Source: Felis catus
Lineage: Eukaryota
Direction: 5' to 3'
Length of the DNA: 64,000 nt
NCBI RefSeq assembly: GCF_018350175.1
Contig: NC_058368.1
Location: forward strand, 12,400,001 to 12,464,000
Shown: piece after piece, positions 1 to 13,279 of the stretch
How the letters are laid out: every line of letters begins with the position of its first letter
How positions within the stretch are numbered: the stretch's first letter is position 1
Notes under the pieces: model-generated
What the model was told of the DNA's origin: nothing
Databases searched by the model: none
What the model saw: only the letters and a program-made list of their open reading frames with translations
Made by a program: the position numbers and the translations under genes

Positions 1-254
1 GAGGTCCCACCTGACAGCATCAATGGCCTGTTCTGGGAGTGAATGGGGCTTTGGATGATTCTAGAGCCCTGTCACTGAGTCAGCCCCAACCTTCAAGTTT
101 TTCCAGCTAAAGTCACAGTTATCGTGGAGCAGAGACAAGCCGTCTCCACTGCATCTTTTCCAAATTCCTGACCCACAGCATCCGTGAGCATTATAATGGG
201 TGTTTCATGCCACTAAGTTTGGATGGATTGTTATATAGCAAGAGTAACTAAACA
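1..254 (+). mobile_element. MaLR LTR 3' part (MLT1G/H-like)
   Basis: Diagnostic GTGGAGCAGAGACAAGCC...AATTCCTGACCCACAG...GCCACTAAGTTT...AACA 3' end. Confidence 0.85.
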
Positions 255-2024
255 CACCTTCCTGAATTTTGACCACTGCTGCTCAAAGAATGTATTCACT
301 GGGGAACTTGGGTGTTGTAGGATTAGCTCAGTTGGAGGTTACATCTGCAGCAGTCAAGGAAGGGATCTGCCATTGGACATGGTGAGGAGCGTAAGGTCAC
401 ACATTTCACCAGTGGTATCTAGAGGTCTGTCTTACACATAGGAGTTGCAGTGATTTCTTTCATGCCACTTATGTGAAGAGAGCTAAATATGTAGGAAAGG
501 GAGACTTGGATTTACATATAAGACAAGAACATTAAGTATGAGCCTTAAAAAGAGAGCACTCCCTTGAAAAGCCATGAACCTTCAGGAGCCAATTATTGGA
601 TCCAGAGCAGCCCATCCTAGAGAATAAACTGGCATTGACTCAGAGGTTGGGCAGTGACCTCTAGATTTTGCTTATTGGGAGAGGTCATGAGAGTAAGTAT
701 GACCATAAGCTGCCAAGAAAAGGGACTTTGCCTAACTCACCACGACCTTTTCCCCATCTTGATCTACACAGAGAGCTATCTCGATGAAGAAAGAGAAAAG
801 TGACCTGGACTTGAGGGAAATGGCGAAAGGTACCTTCTCAGCACGGGTCCTGAGACTAGGGTGTGTTGAGAAAATAGCAGAGTGTGTGCACGGGTGTTCA
901 AGACCATGCCTGATAATTCGGTATCATTTGCACAATATTTGAGTAAGCCAATTCTCCAACATGGTTCTTCCCCTGAAGCACATAAACTCTATCTCCTGGA
1001 GACTCTTTAGTCACCTCATTTAATTGGGATTTAACCTGCGGCTAGATTCAGAATGTGAACTACAATTCAGGCGGAGAAGTAAAACTTTATATTAATAGCT
1101 CTTTTGAAATACGGTATGAGTATTTTTTGTTCAATACCAGTGGGGCACCTGCCTCAGGCAAATATGTGCAATTTCATACTTCATAAAATATTTAAACATC
1201 TTTAAATTACTTCCGGAAGAATTCACATGTGAAACTCCCTTTCTTGATAAAATAATGACTGGCTGCTCAAGAATTTGGTATAAACAAGAACAGGTGTCCT
1301 ATAGGGATATTTGCTTATTGGGTTTCTCTACAAATTAATCCTGTGGTCTCAAACTATTTTAGCCAATTGGCCCAATTTAACTAGTGGTTTGGTTTATTCA
1401 CATTTCTAAAATTAGGTTCTAAGTTATATTTGTATTTGGGTACATAGTACTCTCTCAGAAAAGCCTTTTTTTCTGAAATATAAAGTAATTCAAGCTAATT
1501 GGTAATGTCTACAGGTTTAAAATTCAAATCCCCTTACCACACCATATTAAATTCATTTAATATTAGTATTTGATTTTACTTACTCCTTACCAATAAATTT
1601 TTAAAGGGGTTATTCCTGAAGCAGAAGCAAATACGTACAGTTCCATCGGGTAATTTAACTACAATCCAGTGAAACTTCTACTGTAAAGTGATCCAAACTT
1701 TACCTACTAAGACTTACTGGGAACACAAATTATTGGGTAGATGCCTCCAAGTAGAAGGACAATCTCTAGTAGAAGATACAGTAATAAATTCAAATTAATG
1801 GATTCTTAGAATAAGTGGGAAAAAATGCAAGAAGAGATAAATCAGCAATTGGAAATATTAAAATTTTATAAGGCATATACATATTTTGTCATTCTGAAAA
1901 GTTATGGAACTAAATCCTATATTTATCATTTCTTTATCACCACAGTTAAAATCCTCATCCCTCGGGATATTTTGGGGGGCGGTCACTGTAACAAAGCAGC
2001 AACAAGTGTCAGGGGAAGCCTTGA

Positions 2025-2245
2025 GCTGTGGAAGAACATACACTCAGAGTCAGATAGCCCTGGGTTCAATTCTTGGCTTTGCTAGTTATTTGGGTTTAAC
2101 TTGAACAAGTTACTTTAACCTCTCTGGGCCTCAATTTCTTAACCTTTAAAATGGGAATATCAATGCTACCTACTATTGTGAGGATTCAGTGAGAGAACTA
2201 TTTATCATTCTTCAGGCCTGGACAGAACACATAATCAATGGCTAT
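2025..2245 (+). mobile_element. MIR SINE
   Basis: Core CAAGTTACTTTAACCTCTCTGGGCCTCAATTTC...AAAATGGGAATA. Confidence 0.85.
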
Positions 2246-3396
2246 TTCTCTCTCTACAGTCAGTCTGACCACTTCAAACCCATGTTCATCTCCTCATCTT
2301 TCTAAACTGCTGTTTTCATCCTATTTCTTTTCGATTCAGAGATCTTCAGTAGTTCTCCACTACCTAAAATGTAAGTTTCAAACTTACTGCTGTTTGACCT
2401 CAAACTTCTTTTTGAGCTTTGTCGTCTACACTTCCTGCCACCCTCCAGTTCACAGGTTTGAATTACATTTGCAATGACTTCATCATACTTTTCAACTCAT
2501 TCTATTGTCCCCCTTCGAAGAACTCACTCTGATTTTTGCTCAGAGGAAACACAGCCACTTTCCATAGCTCAGGCCCAGTGATCTTATTTCGTTACCTCGC
2601 TGTCCTGCTGACAATGCCCTCTTTTGAACACCTACATTTTGACAGCCCATTAGTCATGGAACCATGTATTCCCTTGAATTGCCCATATTAATGACTCTTT
2701 CTATGTCTTATCTCACTTAATTGTAATCTCCTTGAGGGCAGTGATCATGTTTCATACAATTTTTCACATACACAAGATCAGCAAAGATCTTGCACACAAT
2801 TGACTTTGATGCAAAAAACCAAAAGTATTTGTTTCCAAAATATAGCCTCTCTTAAATATCTGTGTTAGTTATTGCTATGTTACTACAGTTGATTTCATGA
2901 GAAATCTGCCACCATCCTATTCCTTCCAGAGGGAGCCCAAATGCTAGGATAGCAGTGCTAGCACAGAGGTAAGCTCCCTGTAGATGATGGGCCCTTACTT
3001 TGAAAAGACAGAGGAGAGCAGCAATGTACTTTTCACCAGAGGGAGAGAGTTCCATGGTCTCGAAAAGCTGGAGCACAGTTATTAAGATTCTAAGGAAGAC
3101 CCATGGCAAACTGATGGGGCAAAAACTGATGAAGTCTTAACCCCAGGATTTCCCAGACAGTTACATAAGAATCACTTCCAGGAACACCAAGCATGGCTGC
3201 TTTCTGCAGAAGGAATAGAAGCTGAAGCAAGGGAACAGCAAAACACAAAAACCACAACAACAAACCAATAGCTAAAGCTAGAACCAGACTCCTTCCATTG
3301 TGCCTCCACCCTCCCTGCCTGGATGCCCATTCTTGTACCTATAAACTCTGACACCTGTTGAAAGTCCACCTGTTAAACTGTGGCATGGGTTATGTT

Positions 3397-3489
3397 TTAT
3401 TTATTTTTATCTGTTATTTATTTATTTTAATTTTAATTAGTTAACATACAGTGCAATGTTGGTTTCAGGAATAGAATTCAGTGATTCAT
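3397..3489 (-). mobile_element. Extremely 5'-truncated carnivore L1 (3' tip and A-rich tail)
   Basis: T-rich tail plus TTAACATACAGTG...GTTTCAGG...AGTGATTCA. Perfect 11-bp TSD TGGGTTATGTT at 3386-3396 and 3490-3500. Confidence 0.75.
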
Positions 3490-3571
3490 TGGGTTATGTT
3501 CTCATGTATCATTATAGCCCAGCGACCTAACAGCGCCTGACACAGAGTAGGCACTCGAGAAGCGATTTGGC

Positions 3572-3788
3572 GGGGCACCTGGGTGACACAGTAGGTTAAG
3601 CATCCGACTCTAGGTTTTGGCTCAGGTCATGATCTCACGGCTTCATGGGCTCAAACTCCATGTCAGACACTGTGCTGACAATGCAGAGCCTGTTTGGGAT
3701 TCTCTCTCTCTCCCTCTCTCTCTGCCTCTCCCCAACTTGCACTGTGTCTTTCCCTCTCAAAGTAAATAAATAAACTTAAAAAAAGAAA
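3572..3788 (+). mobile_element. SINEC (Can-SINE)
   Basis: tRNA-like head, (CT)n, AATAAA tail. TSD AGAAGyGATTT at 3558-3568 and 3789-3799. Confidence 0.95.
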
Positions 3789-4634
3789 AGAAGTGATTTC
3801 ATGAGTGAGTGACTGAGCAAATGACTATGTTCCTCCACGCAAAATACAAAGAACGAATGCACTTCATTCTCTGTAAGCTAGCTGAGTGGGTTGCAATGAA
3901 GTTGAGATTCAATGTTTTGAGTCCAGCGGAACTTAGTAAAAACAGATTTAACAGGCAGCCTTTAAGAGAGATTGTAGGCTTGGACGATATCTTGTCCTAC
4001 TACCTGCGCTGTCCCTTTTCCTCCAGGCTTTAGAGCAGGCTGCAGACCTGAGGGTGGGCTGAAGGTGGGATAACAGGCTTCCTCTGGGCTTCTCTTACCA
4101 AATCTCATGAGAGTAGTTTGGGAGATGTATCATTAGTTCCCAATTGACTGCTTTGCTAAGGCGAATGTTTAAAGATACAGCACTTCATTTGGGGAGGTTA
4201 GCCTTGAAAGATTAAGAGTTAGATATGTTGCCATCATATCAGACTTCATGCCAGAGTTGAAGTTCATATTCTGGATTTATGGGGGTTGGTCTCATTAGCT
4301 TAAGGATTAAAAATATTATCTATTATAACTGGTATTTCACAGCTATCTGCTTTCAGAGGAAAATTCTATTTGGTTAGGAAAACCCTTGTTTAAAATTGCA
4401 TAGTTTCTAAGTGGCCCCTCTCAGACTTTTTCTGTTCTGAGGAAACTTCAGACATTCTAATTTCAGATCCACTGTGATTATGGCCCTTCCTTAACTTCCA
4501 CTTTATGTGATTATCCAAGCCTGGATATTTTTAATCTTCCCCAGAAGTAGTCAAGCCATAGCAGTGGGCCATGTTGCTGATTTGTAGAGTCCTTTTGTTT
4601 CCTTTTTAGATTAAGGGACACTGAGCCCTGAGTA

Positions 4635-4845
4635 AGTGTTTGGCTCCATGCTGAGCACTTTGCATGAGTGACAACACTTCATTCCACAACAACTCCAGGC
4701 AGCAGACATTATTATTTTTCCCACTTTATATGAGGAAATAGGCTTACAGAGGTCATGGAATCTGCTCAAGATCACACAGCTCATCAGTGCTTGAACTAGG
4801 AATTGAACCTAGGTCCAGAAACAGCGAAGCTCTTGCTTTTATGCA
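4635..4845 (-). mobile_element. MIR SINE
   Basis: CCCACTTTATATGAGGAAATAGGCTTACAGAGG...CAAGATCACACAGCT. Confidence 0.8.
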
Positions 4846-5744
4846 ATGTGCATTGCATCTATGAACTGCAAGTTTCAGAAAAAGCACAGCCTCCCAGGGC
4901 TAAAGAAAAATATGTCTGAAAGATTCTTTCTCTGATAAATCAAGGATCTGAAGGCTTCATAACTCCCATGTCAAATTATTAACATCAATCATAGAACATG
5001 GTAATTTATTTAAATGACTGATCATCGAGCACAGCCAGCTATAAACAAGAAATGTATTCTGCTAAGCCAAAGACTGCAGGGAAACTCAGAGCATCACGCA
5101 TCTGTGTGGGGGCGGAGAGAAGCCAGTCTTACCCTCGTGCAAGAAAGAAGTCAATAGAGCCTTAGGGTTCTGTTTTTGTTGAAGTAAGAGGTTTTGGCAA
5201 GCCATCCATGTACCTGCATACTTCCCCATCAAACAAGCTCTTTGCTTCTCTTCATTTATGTGCCCCCCCACACCCAAATTCCACTTCATTTAAGACACCC
5301 AGCCTTTCCAAATAATAGCCAAATATACAGAGTGCTTAACAATTTTCAAGTCTTAGTTTAGCAACTGCCCTTTCTCTCGGAATTCACCATCATCAGCAAG
5401 CTTAAACATTTGAAACAAAAAATAAAACCGATAAAAAAACTATCAAGCAAAACTCAAACATTTTAATGGGATGTGTTTATAAAGTATACATTCGTTTCAT
5501 CTTTCACCTTACTTTCCTAAGACTTTCCAGACCAGATTGTGCCATGCAAGGCAGCAGGAAAGCACTGGGCACATCTTTCCTGCATTCGATAATTTGGGCA
5601 CCACAACACCAGGTTCCTTTCTGCCCCCTCAGACTTAAACGATCTGCTGTGACCACAGTGAGCTCTTATAGGCCTCCACCTAGACAGCCACAGCAGGGTA
5701 TCCTGCCTAAATGGGTAACTATCCACACGAAATGTTAGTCTCAG

Positions 5745-5955
5745 CAGGCAACTGGGTGGCTCAGTCAGTTAAATGGCCAACTCTTGATTTCGGCTCAGGT
5801 CATGATCTCACAGGGATTGAACCCTCGTGGGGTTCCATGCTGAGTGTGGAGTCTGCTTGGAATTCTCTCTCTCTCCCTCTCTCTCTGCTCTTCCCCTGCT
5901 CACTCGCGCTCATATGCACACTCTCTCAAAATAAAATAAACACTAGAAAAAAAAT
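5745..5955 (+). mobile_element. SINEC
   Basis: SINEC body. TSD AAATrTTAGTCT at 5730-5741 and 5956-5967. Confidence 0.95.
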
Positions 5956-6324
5956 AAATATTAGTCTTAGGCAAGAAGCCCAATTTCCATCAGAAATTTA
6001 TAACTCTGAAAGCACACGATTTATGACACTCTAACTTGTCAAAGTCCCTGGGTCTCTAACACAATATCTTTCACTTTAAAAGGTTTTATTCTGATCATAG
6101 TTATGGGAAATTACTCATTAAGGATGAAGGAATATTTATTACCTGAGTGAAAACACAGAGCAAAATTCTTGACCCCTCAGAATGAAAGAAAAATAAGAGG
6201 GAAAACTAGAGTTTGAAATGACCCAAAATAGCACATCAAATACATAAAAAGAAAACATAAAACGAATGTAAGAGCTAGTAGACTTTGTCCATTTGAGAAC
6301 CAATTAAAATAAAACAAAACTACA

Positions 6325-6523
6325 GGGGTGCCTGGGTGGCTTGGTCGGTTGAGCGTCGGACTTTGGCTCAGGTCCTGATCTGGCAGTTTGGTTAGTGGAC
6401 CACATTGCACTCCCTGCTGTCAGCCTGTCCCTGCAGAGCCTGCTTCAGATCCTCTGTCCTGCTCTCTCTGCCCCTCCCCTGCTTGCGTTCTCCCCAAAAT
6501 AAATAAATATTAAAAAATAAACA
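6325..6523 (+). mobile_element. SINEC (felid type)
   Basis: SINEC body. 20-bp direct repeat AAAATAAAACAAAACTACAG at 6306-6325 and 6524-6543. Confidence 0.95.
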
Positions 6524-6741
6524 AAAATAAAACAAAACTACAGAGCGGTTCATTATTCCCATACCCTTGACAAGTGATACGAATTATTGTTCGAGGAAGA
6601 GGAAGCAAGTATGATGAGGCTTTGTGTCCAAGAGCTAGGTCTTGCTTTGTGTGGCTCTTGTGTTTGGGCCAGTCCTGTGATCCCTAAAGGTGCATCCTAA
6701 CATCGCTTACCCACCCCAGAATTGAGCATCATGTTTTCCTC

Positions 6742-6777
6742 TTTTAGAATTTTTTTTTAATGTTTATTTATTTTTGA

Positions 6778-6814
<37 letters not shown>

Positions 6815-6987
6815 CACACAAGCAAGCAGGGGAAGGGCAGAGAGAGAGGGAGACACAGAACTCGAAGTAGGCTCCAGGCTCTGAGCTGTCAGCACAGAGC
6901 CCGACACAGGGCTTGAACTCACGAACCATGAGATCGTGACCTGAGCCGAAGTCGGATGCTCAACCCACTGAGCTACCCAGGTGCCCC
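6742..6987 (-). mobile_element. SINEC (felid type)
   Basis: Reverse SINEC. TSD TCATGTyTTCC at 6729-6739 and 6988-6998. Confidence 0.95.
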
Positions 6988-8374
6988 TCATGTCTTCCAT
7001 TTGAATTAATTTCACATCAATTCTTTTTTCCTCACTAATATTACTAGAGGTAGGAGCTAATATTATTCCCATTTGGTAGATGAAGAAACTGTGGCACCAA
7101 GAAGTTACATAAAGTCATCCATAGTGACCAGGTGCCCATTAGGACAAAGGTGTTCCCAGCACCCATGCCTCCTGCTTTCTGGGGTTACTGTACAGGTCCG
7201 GCTTCTCTTTCTCCTGGAAACATCACTATTCCACTTGAGACAACGTTCCTTAGTTTTCAAGACCCATTTTCCCCGCAGAGGTTTACAGCTGCATGTAATT
7301 CATGTGTCAAGTTGTGTTATCCATGGGTTAGTCCACTTACACTGGAGAGACAGCACTATCTGTGCTATGGGTTGTCTCTTTGGAAACCCAGTTATTTGAG
7401 AAAACCTCAAACCACATGCAACCAAGCACCAAAAAAATTAATTTTTTCTCCTTAAAATGTCCCTTCCCTGTGCATTCACACAGCACAGTCAGTTCATCAA
7501 TCTCTTTATGTAAATAACAGTCATGCAGCAAGGGAGGAGGTCTGTTTATTATTTTTGATCCTGTTTTGCTTCTGGCAAAATTTCACAAACAGCAGAAGTT
7601 GGCAGAACATTGATATTTTCTTCTGACTGGCTACTGTTCTCTAGCTGCAAGTGCAGAGTGCAACTGGGACTATTCTGGTCTATGGGCTTCGGCTGTGACT
7701 GAGGTCAAAATTGCAAAATCTGGGGGAAAAAAAATCTCCATATAGGACTTCTCTCTGGAAATAGAGACCCTGGTTTAATGCTTGCTTTCCTTCCACTACA
7801 GAACTGCTGTCTTTGGGATTTAGGGTCCAGGGAACAACGGTGGTTTGACCTAACTCCCACCTTGCTTCTTGTCTGCAAAGGCCTCCTGTGAAGGTTACAG
7901 GGGCCACCGAGAGAGGTGGGCCCTAGGAGCCCTGAGGAAACTTAGAGGAGGGAAGTGTTCTGCCTCCAAAACTTTCTAGGAGGAAGGGGCAGCATTTTGG
8001 AGGTTTGGAAGTAGGGAAAGGCGCTTGGGGGTGGAGGAATCTGTCCTCTCCCCCTGTTAGGCATGTTCCTACCTAACTATGCTAGATTCCTTGCCAAAGG
8101 CTGGAATGCTGCTGCCCTGACTGACTTTGGACGGAGCATTCCTGATAAAGAGCAGCCAGCCCTCAAGAAGGCAGTGGGAGGGTAGCTGGTATATAGGACA
8201 GTTGCTCGGAGTTGCTGCTGGTTTTGGAGGCACAGGGAAGTCCTCCAACAACTTGAAGGGCGGGTGAGGAAGTAAGCACCAGCCAGGGCTAAAATGATGG
8301 AAAAAACCAAAACGAACAAGCTTCTTTGGTTACAAGTAGACCATGACTACCTATAATTATAAGGGTGATGGGGT

Positions 8375-8500
8375 TGCACAGTGGTGAATAATGTGGGCTC
8401 CTGGGTCATACAGACTTGAGTTCAAAGCCCATCTCTGCCACCTACTTGCTGGGAGAAAAACACAGTAAACCCTTAAGCGTCAAGCCTTACCATATTTATT
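8375..8500 (+). mobile_element. MIR fragment
   Basis: CAGACTTGAGTTCAAAGCCCATCTCTGCCACCTACTTGCTG. Confidence 0.6.
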
Positions 8501-8670
8501 TTCCAGAGGAGTAAACCTAAGTTTCAGGTCTTCACAAAAATTAAATAAAACACCAATATATGTTGAAAATAGTCCCTGGAACATAATAGCGAGCCCTCAA
8601 TAGGAGTAGCTATAGGTATTGTGTTACCATTTTTTAAATGTTGTAATGTTTCTAACCCTAAAATGTGTGT

Positions 8671-8837
8671 TATAAAAAGTCCAATCGCCGCCCCAGACCC
8701 AAACCTTTTATATAAATGCACCAAAATGCTAACAAACTATGTGGACAGCCTGCCTCTCCATGGCCAACCCGGACTCCCACTTTCCTTTTCACGTGGGTGA
8801 GCCAGTGGAAATGGCATCCCTCAGCCCAGAGGTAAGG
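8671..8837 (+). promoter_or_regulatory. Candidate antisense core promoter and first exon in intron 1
   Basis: TATAAAA 8671-8677, CCAAT 8681-8685, CCGCCC 8688-8693, TATATAAA 8709-8716, CACGTG 8790-8795, donors GG|GTGAGC (8797) and GAG|GTAAGG (8832). Confidence 0.35.
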
Positions 8838-11724
8838 CTCCCGCACCCCCAGACCCAGCTGCACAGACTGGACTGCGAGAGGCGTGCCTGCAAGAGGCAT
8901 GGCTGAGGGTTAATGAACTGAGAAGAGCCTGTCACAACTCCTGCATTCTGGAACAAAGCAGTAAGCGTCACAGAACACAAGCTGCCAGTGTCCAGGGTCA
9001 GCCCTGCAGGAGTAACCAAAGGTGGGAGGAGGCGACCAAGTGACAGGAGAAACCTCACACGAACCAGGAACAGAATGGCTTCCTCAGAAACTGAACTGTA
9101 AAGCTGGAGTTGAGGAAGCAATTTTACTCTAAACAGAGGAGGGAAAGGAAAAAACTGGCCTCTGAAACCATCTCTCTTCTACCGGTTAGTTAATGTTTAA
9201 CAACCGCATTGCTCACTACCAAGTTTCCTTATTCTGTCAAGTGCATCTGTGCTTTTCTACCCACTCAGGGAAATGTGCTGTTCCACACAATGCACCAAGT
9301 GAAAACTCCGCGTCCAAAGGAATGACTCAGGAACGCAAGAGTAGAAATAATTCAAAGTAGGGCCACTTGCAGATGCATTGGTCAGGTCTCTGAAAGACAG
9401 ATTCTAGGGGACAGAGCTTTGTCATCCACGATTATAATACCATTTTATGTAGGTATTCAAACAGCGAATGCATATGGAATTCCTACACAAACGGTCATGC
9501 ACCATAACAATTAAGGGATTATTATTATCATAGTTTTTTCAGGGTTTCCAGGACACCATATGCAGACATCAAATATTTTATCCTGTAAAGCAAGGCTTTT
9601 TCAAAGTTCAAGATTAACATTTAAGTCATGATGTATGAAGCAGGTACTAAATGAAATTTCTATTCTTTGTAGAGGAGTCTCTTACATGGAGCCTCCTAAG
9701 ACTATACATATTCCATACCCAAATACAGCAAAAAGCATTCTTGTTTATTTAATCCATTCAACTCCATAACAACAAACTTCACAAATGCTAATGACTGTAT
9801 TCACGTGCAGTCTTTCATAGCCTAGGAATTCAATAGTGATGAAGATTATCCCTCAGTTAAAAGGAATGAAATCCCAGAGGAAACGGGCAATGGAAATTTC
9901 TTAAATAATTTGTTTGAATTAGTTTGAGAAAGGGTGCTGAGTTTTTAAATTACCAACTGGGCATTAGAAACTTTATCTACACTTCACAGCATTTCTTTTA
10001 ACTCTTCTACACAAAGGCCATTAAATACGGGAAAATTTTTATAAAATTGGCAAGAATCTCCTACTGCCCAGTTCAGAAAATCACAACAATTTGGGAAGGG
10101 GATTCAGACATCATAGATTCACTCATCAGGCACAGAGATATAACTCTACTACTGACTGGGTAGAGCCCTTGCTCCCAGGCTGCACACTGGTCATCTCCCT
10201 GGCCTCTGACTCTGGCCTGTCTCTGATCAGAGCCTAGCCCCCTTCCTCCAGTTCTGCTGCTGTCCCTCAGCTTCAGAGTTTCCTACCAAGTGGTTCCAGG
10301 AGCCAGGAACACTTCCTGCCCAGAACAGTCTCTTTTATTTGCCAGGAGGTAGGGAACAACCGGCTTTGCTGTTTATCGATATGAGCTGAAACCTGGCCTA
10401 AATCCATCATTTCAGGTCAGTTCAGGGCAACTAAGAATAACCGCTGTACATTTATTACTAAGTAAACTGATGTTGCTAAGTAAATGAAGTAAAGGAAACC
10501 ACATTTGGGAAAAGCAGATTTCACTACAGCTTAAGATTAAAACAAAACAAAACGGCAAAACACCAAACCAAAAAAAAAAATCTTTGTTTTAAATTTTGTG
10601 ATACTTTTTTGAGGACACAAAAATGTGGCAGTACGTATGCTTACGTTAGTCAACTTGGTATAAAGTATATTAGTTATTCTTCATTTCATGATACAGCACC
10701 TTGAAGGGCTATACGTACATGGATGTTTATTTAATATATGTATTTTTCTTATATCTAGCACTTAGTATGTTCCGGATACTGTACTCAGTGTTTAACTGTA
10801 TTATCACATTTAATCCTTGCAGTAAGTCTGAGATAGTAACAGCAGGTGGGATGGAGTACTAATGGTGAGGTTGGGAGTGTAGAGGGAAGGGGTGTTAGTG
10901 GATCTTCCTACTCAAAAGAGATCAATGGTAAAAGTGATGGTGATTTGATTACTAAGAACTTGCTCTACACAACACATGCTTTTACAAAGGTGCAAACAGT
11001 AAGGCTTTGCAATGGATTTCATTCTCTATTTTGGGAAATGCATTTAGGAGGAAATGTTTTGTGTCCTTGAAAGCATCTGGGAGAGATTTAAGGTCCTCTA
11101 TTAAGAACTCCAGTCTTATTTAGGGGGGGAATGGTTAGAATACCATTATCACTGGGATTGTGAATCTTTCTTATTTCTTATAATAATTTTAAATACTATA
11201 AATAATACTGGGGTAGTAAAATATGCTTTTATGACTATCATACTTTTTCTCAGTGTGTCATTTGGTGAATACAAGGGTATGTGAATTACTACCATTCACT
11301 TATCAAGACTGAATATTCATCCAAGATTCTTGCCATCCATATGTATGATTTTTAAAATAAGCTAGAAAGAGGAGACTTGGAATGCAGAAAGAGAAAACCT
11401 TCTTTAGCTGAAAATACTGACATGTATATTAGTTACTTGCGACGGCCTAGTTTCTTTACAATCCCTACCCTTTTCCTTTACACTGTTCACGCCTGTGTTT
11501 TATCAGAGTGTTACAGAGGCAAGGCAATGCAAATCATTGGTATTTTAGTCAGCTCTGCCTCTGTCAGACTTTTAAAATTGTCAGGATTCCTACATCTTGT
11601 GGGGAAATCATTTGAGACTGCGGCCAGACATTTTGGATTTTTTTTTGTTGTTGTTGTTGATTTCCTTTTTTTTTTAAATAGCAATAGCATGTTCTGTAAT
11701 TTTCAGTTATCTTGCAACCATTCC

Positions 11725-11891
11725 ATTTATTTATTTCTTTTTGAGAGAGAGTGAGGGAGCAGGGGAGGGGTACAGAGAGGGAGGTTGAGTCCCAAGCAGG
11801 CCTGCATTGTCAGTGCAAAGCCCCACACGGGGCTTGAACTAAGCTGGAATCAAGAGTTGGATGCTCAAATGACTCAGCCACCCAAGTACCC
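11725..11891 (-). mobile_element. SINEC, older and internally deleted
   Basis: T-rich tail, (GA)n, GGGGCTTGAACT...GACTCAGCCACCCAAGTACCC. Confidence 0.88.
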
Positions 11892-13012
11892 ACTGGGTAT
11901 GCTCCATTAATTGAGCCCATTGCTCCATTTAAATTCCTTTAGATTCTAAATTAAAAAGAGACAGAGACACAGAGAGACAGACAGAGAGAGAGAACTCAGG
12001 AACTCAGGTCTTTTCAAACAATAGTGTACAACTTTTCCTGCCCTAGGCTGTACCGTTCTATAGTGATTGCTATGGTCCCATGTGACTTTACATGGGGGTT
12101 TGGCTACACAGAAAGGCTAATTTCCCATGCATTCTGTGGCAACTTTTCTACATTTTGTGGATTATCTCCAAAAGCATCATTCATAATGCAAATGCTATGT
12201 ACTATCTCTTTGCGAGCATGAGGAAAAGTACCTTAAGAATATGTTTTCAGGCTTCCTGAGAAACTTGTAAGTTGCTTATACAACTAAACAAACAAGCTTT
12301 ATTAATTAAAATGACCTATTACCTATTAGTTCATTTTATTCTGTCATACTGGCAGAGACTTCATACATGAAGTATGAACATAAACCAGAGATACATTTAG
12401 ATCATGAAGTCGGAAATGGACTTTGAGCCACACTCATCAATGCCTGAGTCTCAGAGAGTCCATATCCCACGTCACAGCCAAGGAGAATCTGACGCTACTG
12501 AAGGGTTTCCTTTTTCTTTCCTGCGGGGCAACTCCACTTTGCAGTAATGGAATATCGTGAATTAGCTGAGATAATAGCAGACCCCTTTGGAATTTGCCCA
12601 GGGCTTCAGCTTTATCATAGGTGAGACGAATGAGAGCCAAAAAGCAATAATCTCTTCTGGCCTAGCAGTACCTATCGTGTAGAGTTATTTGAAGACTGGT
12701 TGTATTCTTGGTAGAATTATTAACCCTGCCCATATACCTACTCCTTCAGTTTTCTGCCTGGCAAACATATAGGGACCACCTAAACAGGTAAGAATCTTCC
12801 TTTATTTGTTAATTTTTATAAAGAGATGTCAATCTTGTCTTTACACCCAGTTGATTTTTAGAGTACATGGAGCTGGCCTTATTTGAAAACAAAAAATATT
12901 TACAATTTACTCTCCAAAATATAACCTCAAACTATCTATTGCCCAATCCATGCAAGAAATATAGTCAAAGAGAATTATCCGAATGAACCACAGGTCCTGA
13001 GGCTTCCTCAAT

Positions 13013-13279
13013 CAGCTTTTCCAAAATGCGTTCCCCAGGGAACATGATTTTATAAGATGTCACTTCCTGGTATCCGGTGAAAAATGGATTCATGATGAAA
13101 TACACCAGCTTGAACAAAGTTAAATTACTTTCCGCAGGATTTCTCTGGGCCTTTCATAAGTGTGAATTTCCAAAAAGGGAAAGAGGATATAGCATTTCTC
13201 AAATTACTTAACCACAGAAACATTTCTCCCCTGAATATCTAACAGGACTAGTGTTCTGTGAAGCCAAATGAGAAACTAT
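13013..13279. mobile_element. hAT-Charlie MITE (MER103C-like)
   Basis: TTGAACAAAGTTAAA...GCAGGATTTCTCTGGGCCTTT...GGACTAGTGTTCTGTG resembles the recalled consensus. Confidence 0.6.

Larger units (their letters stand above)
3365..3825 (+). mobile_element. L2 3' end split by an L1 fragment and a SINEC
   Basis: CAGCGCCTGACACAGAGTAGGCACTC before the SINE and a degenerate (TGAA)n-like tail after it. Confidence 0.6.

Noticed and set aside
4590..4637. Plus-strand 22-nt exon-like motif (tttttag|...TGA|GTAAGT)
   Set aside because: The exonic side of the donor is weak, it abuts a MIR, and no plus-strand promoter upstream supports it.
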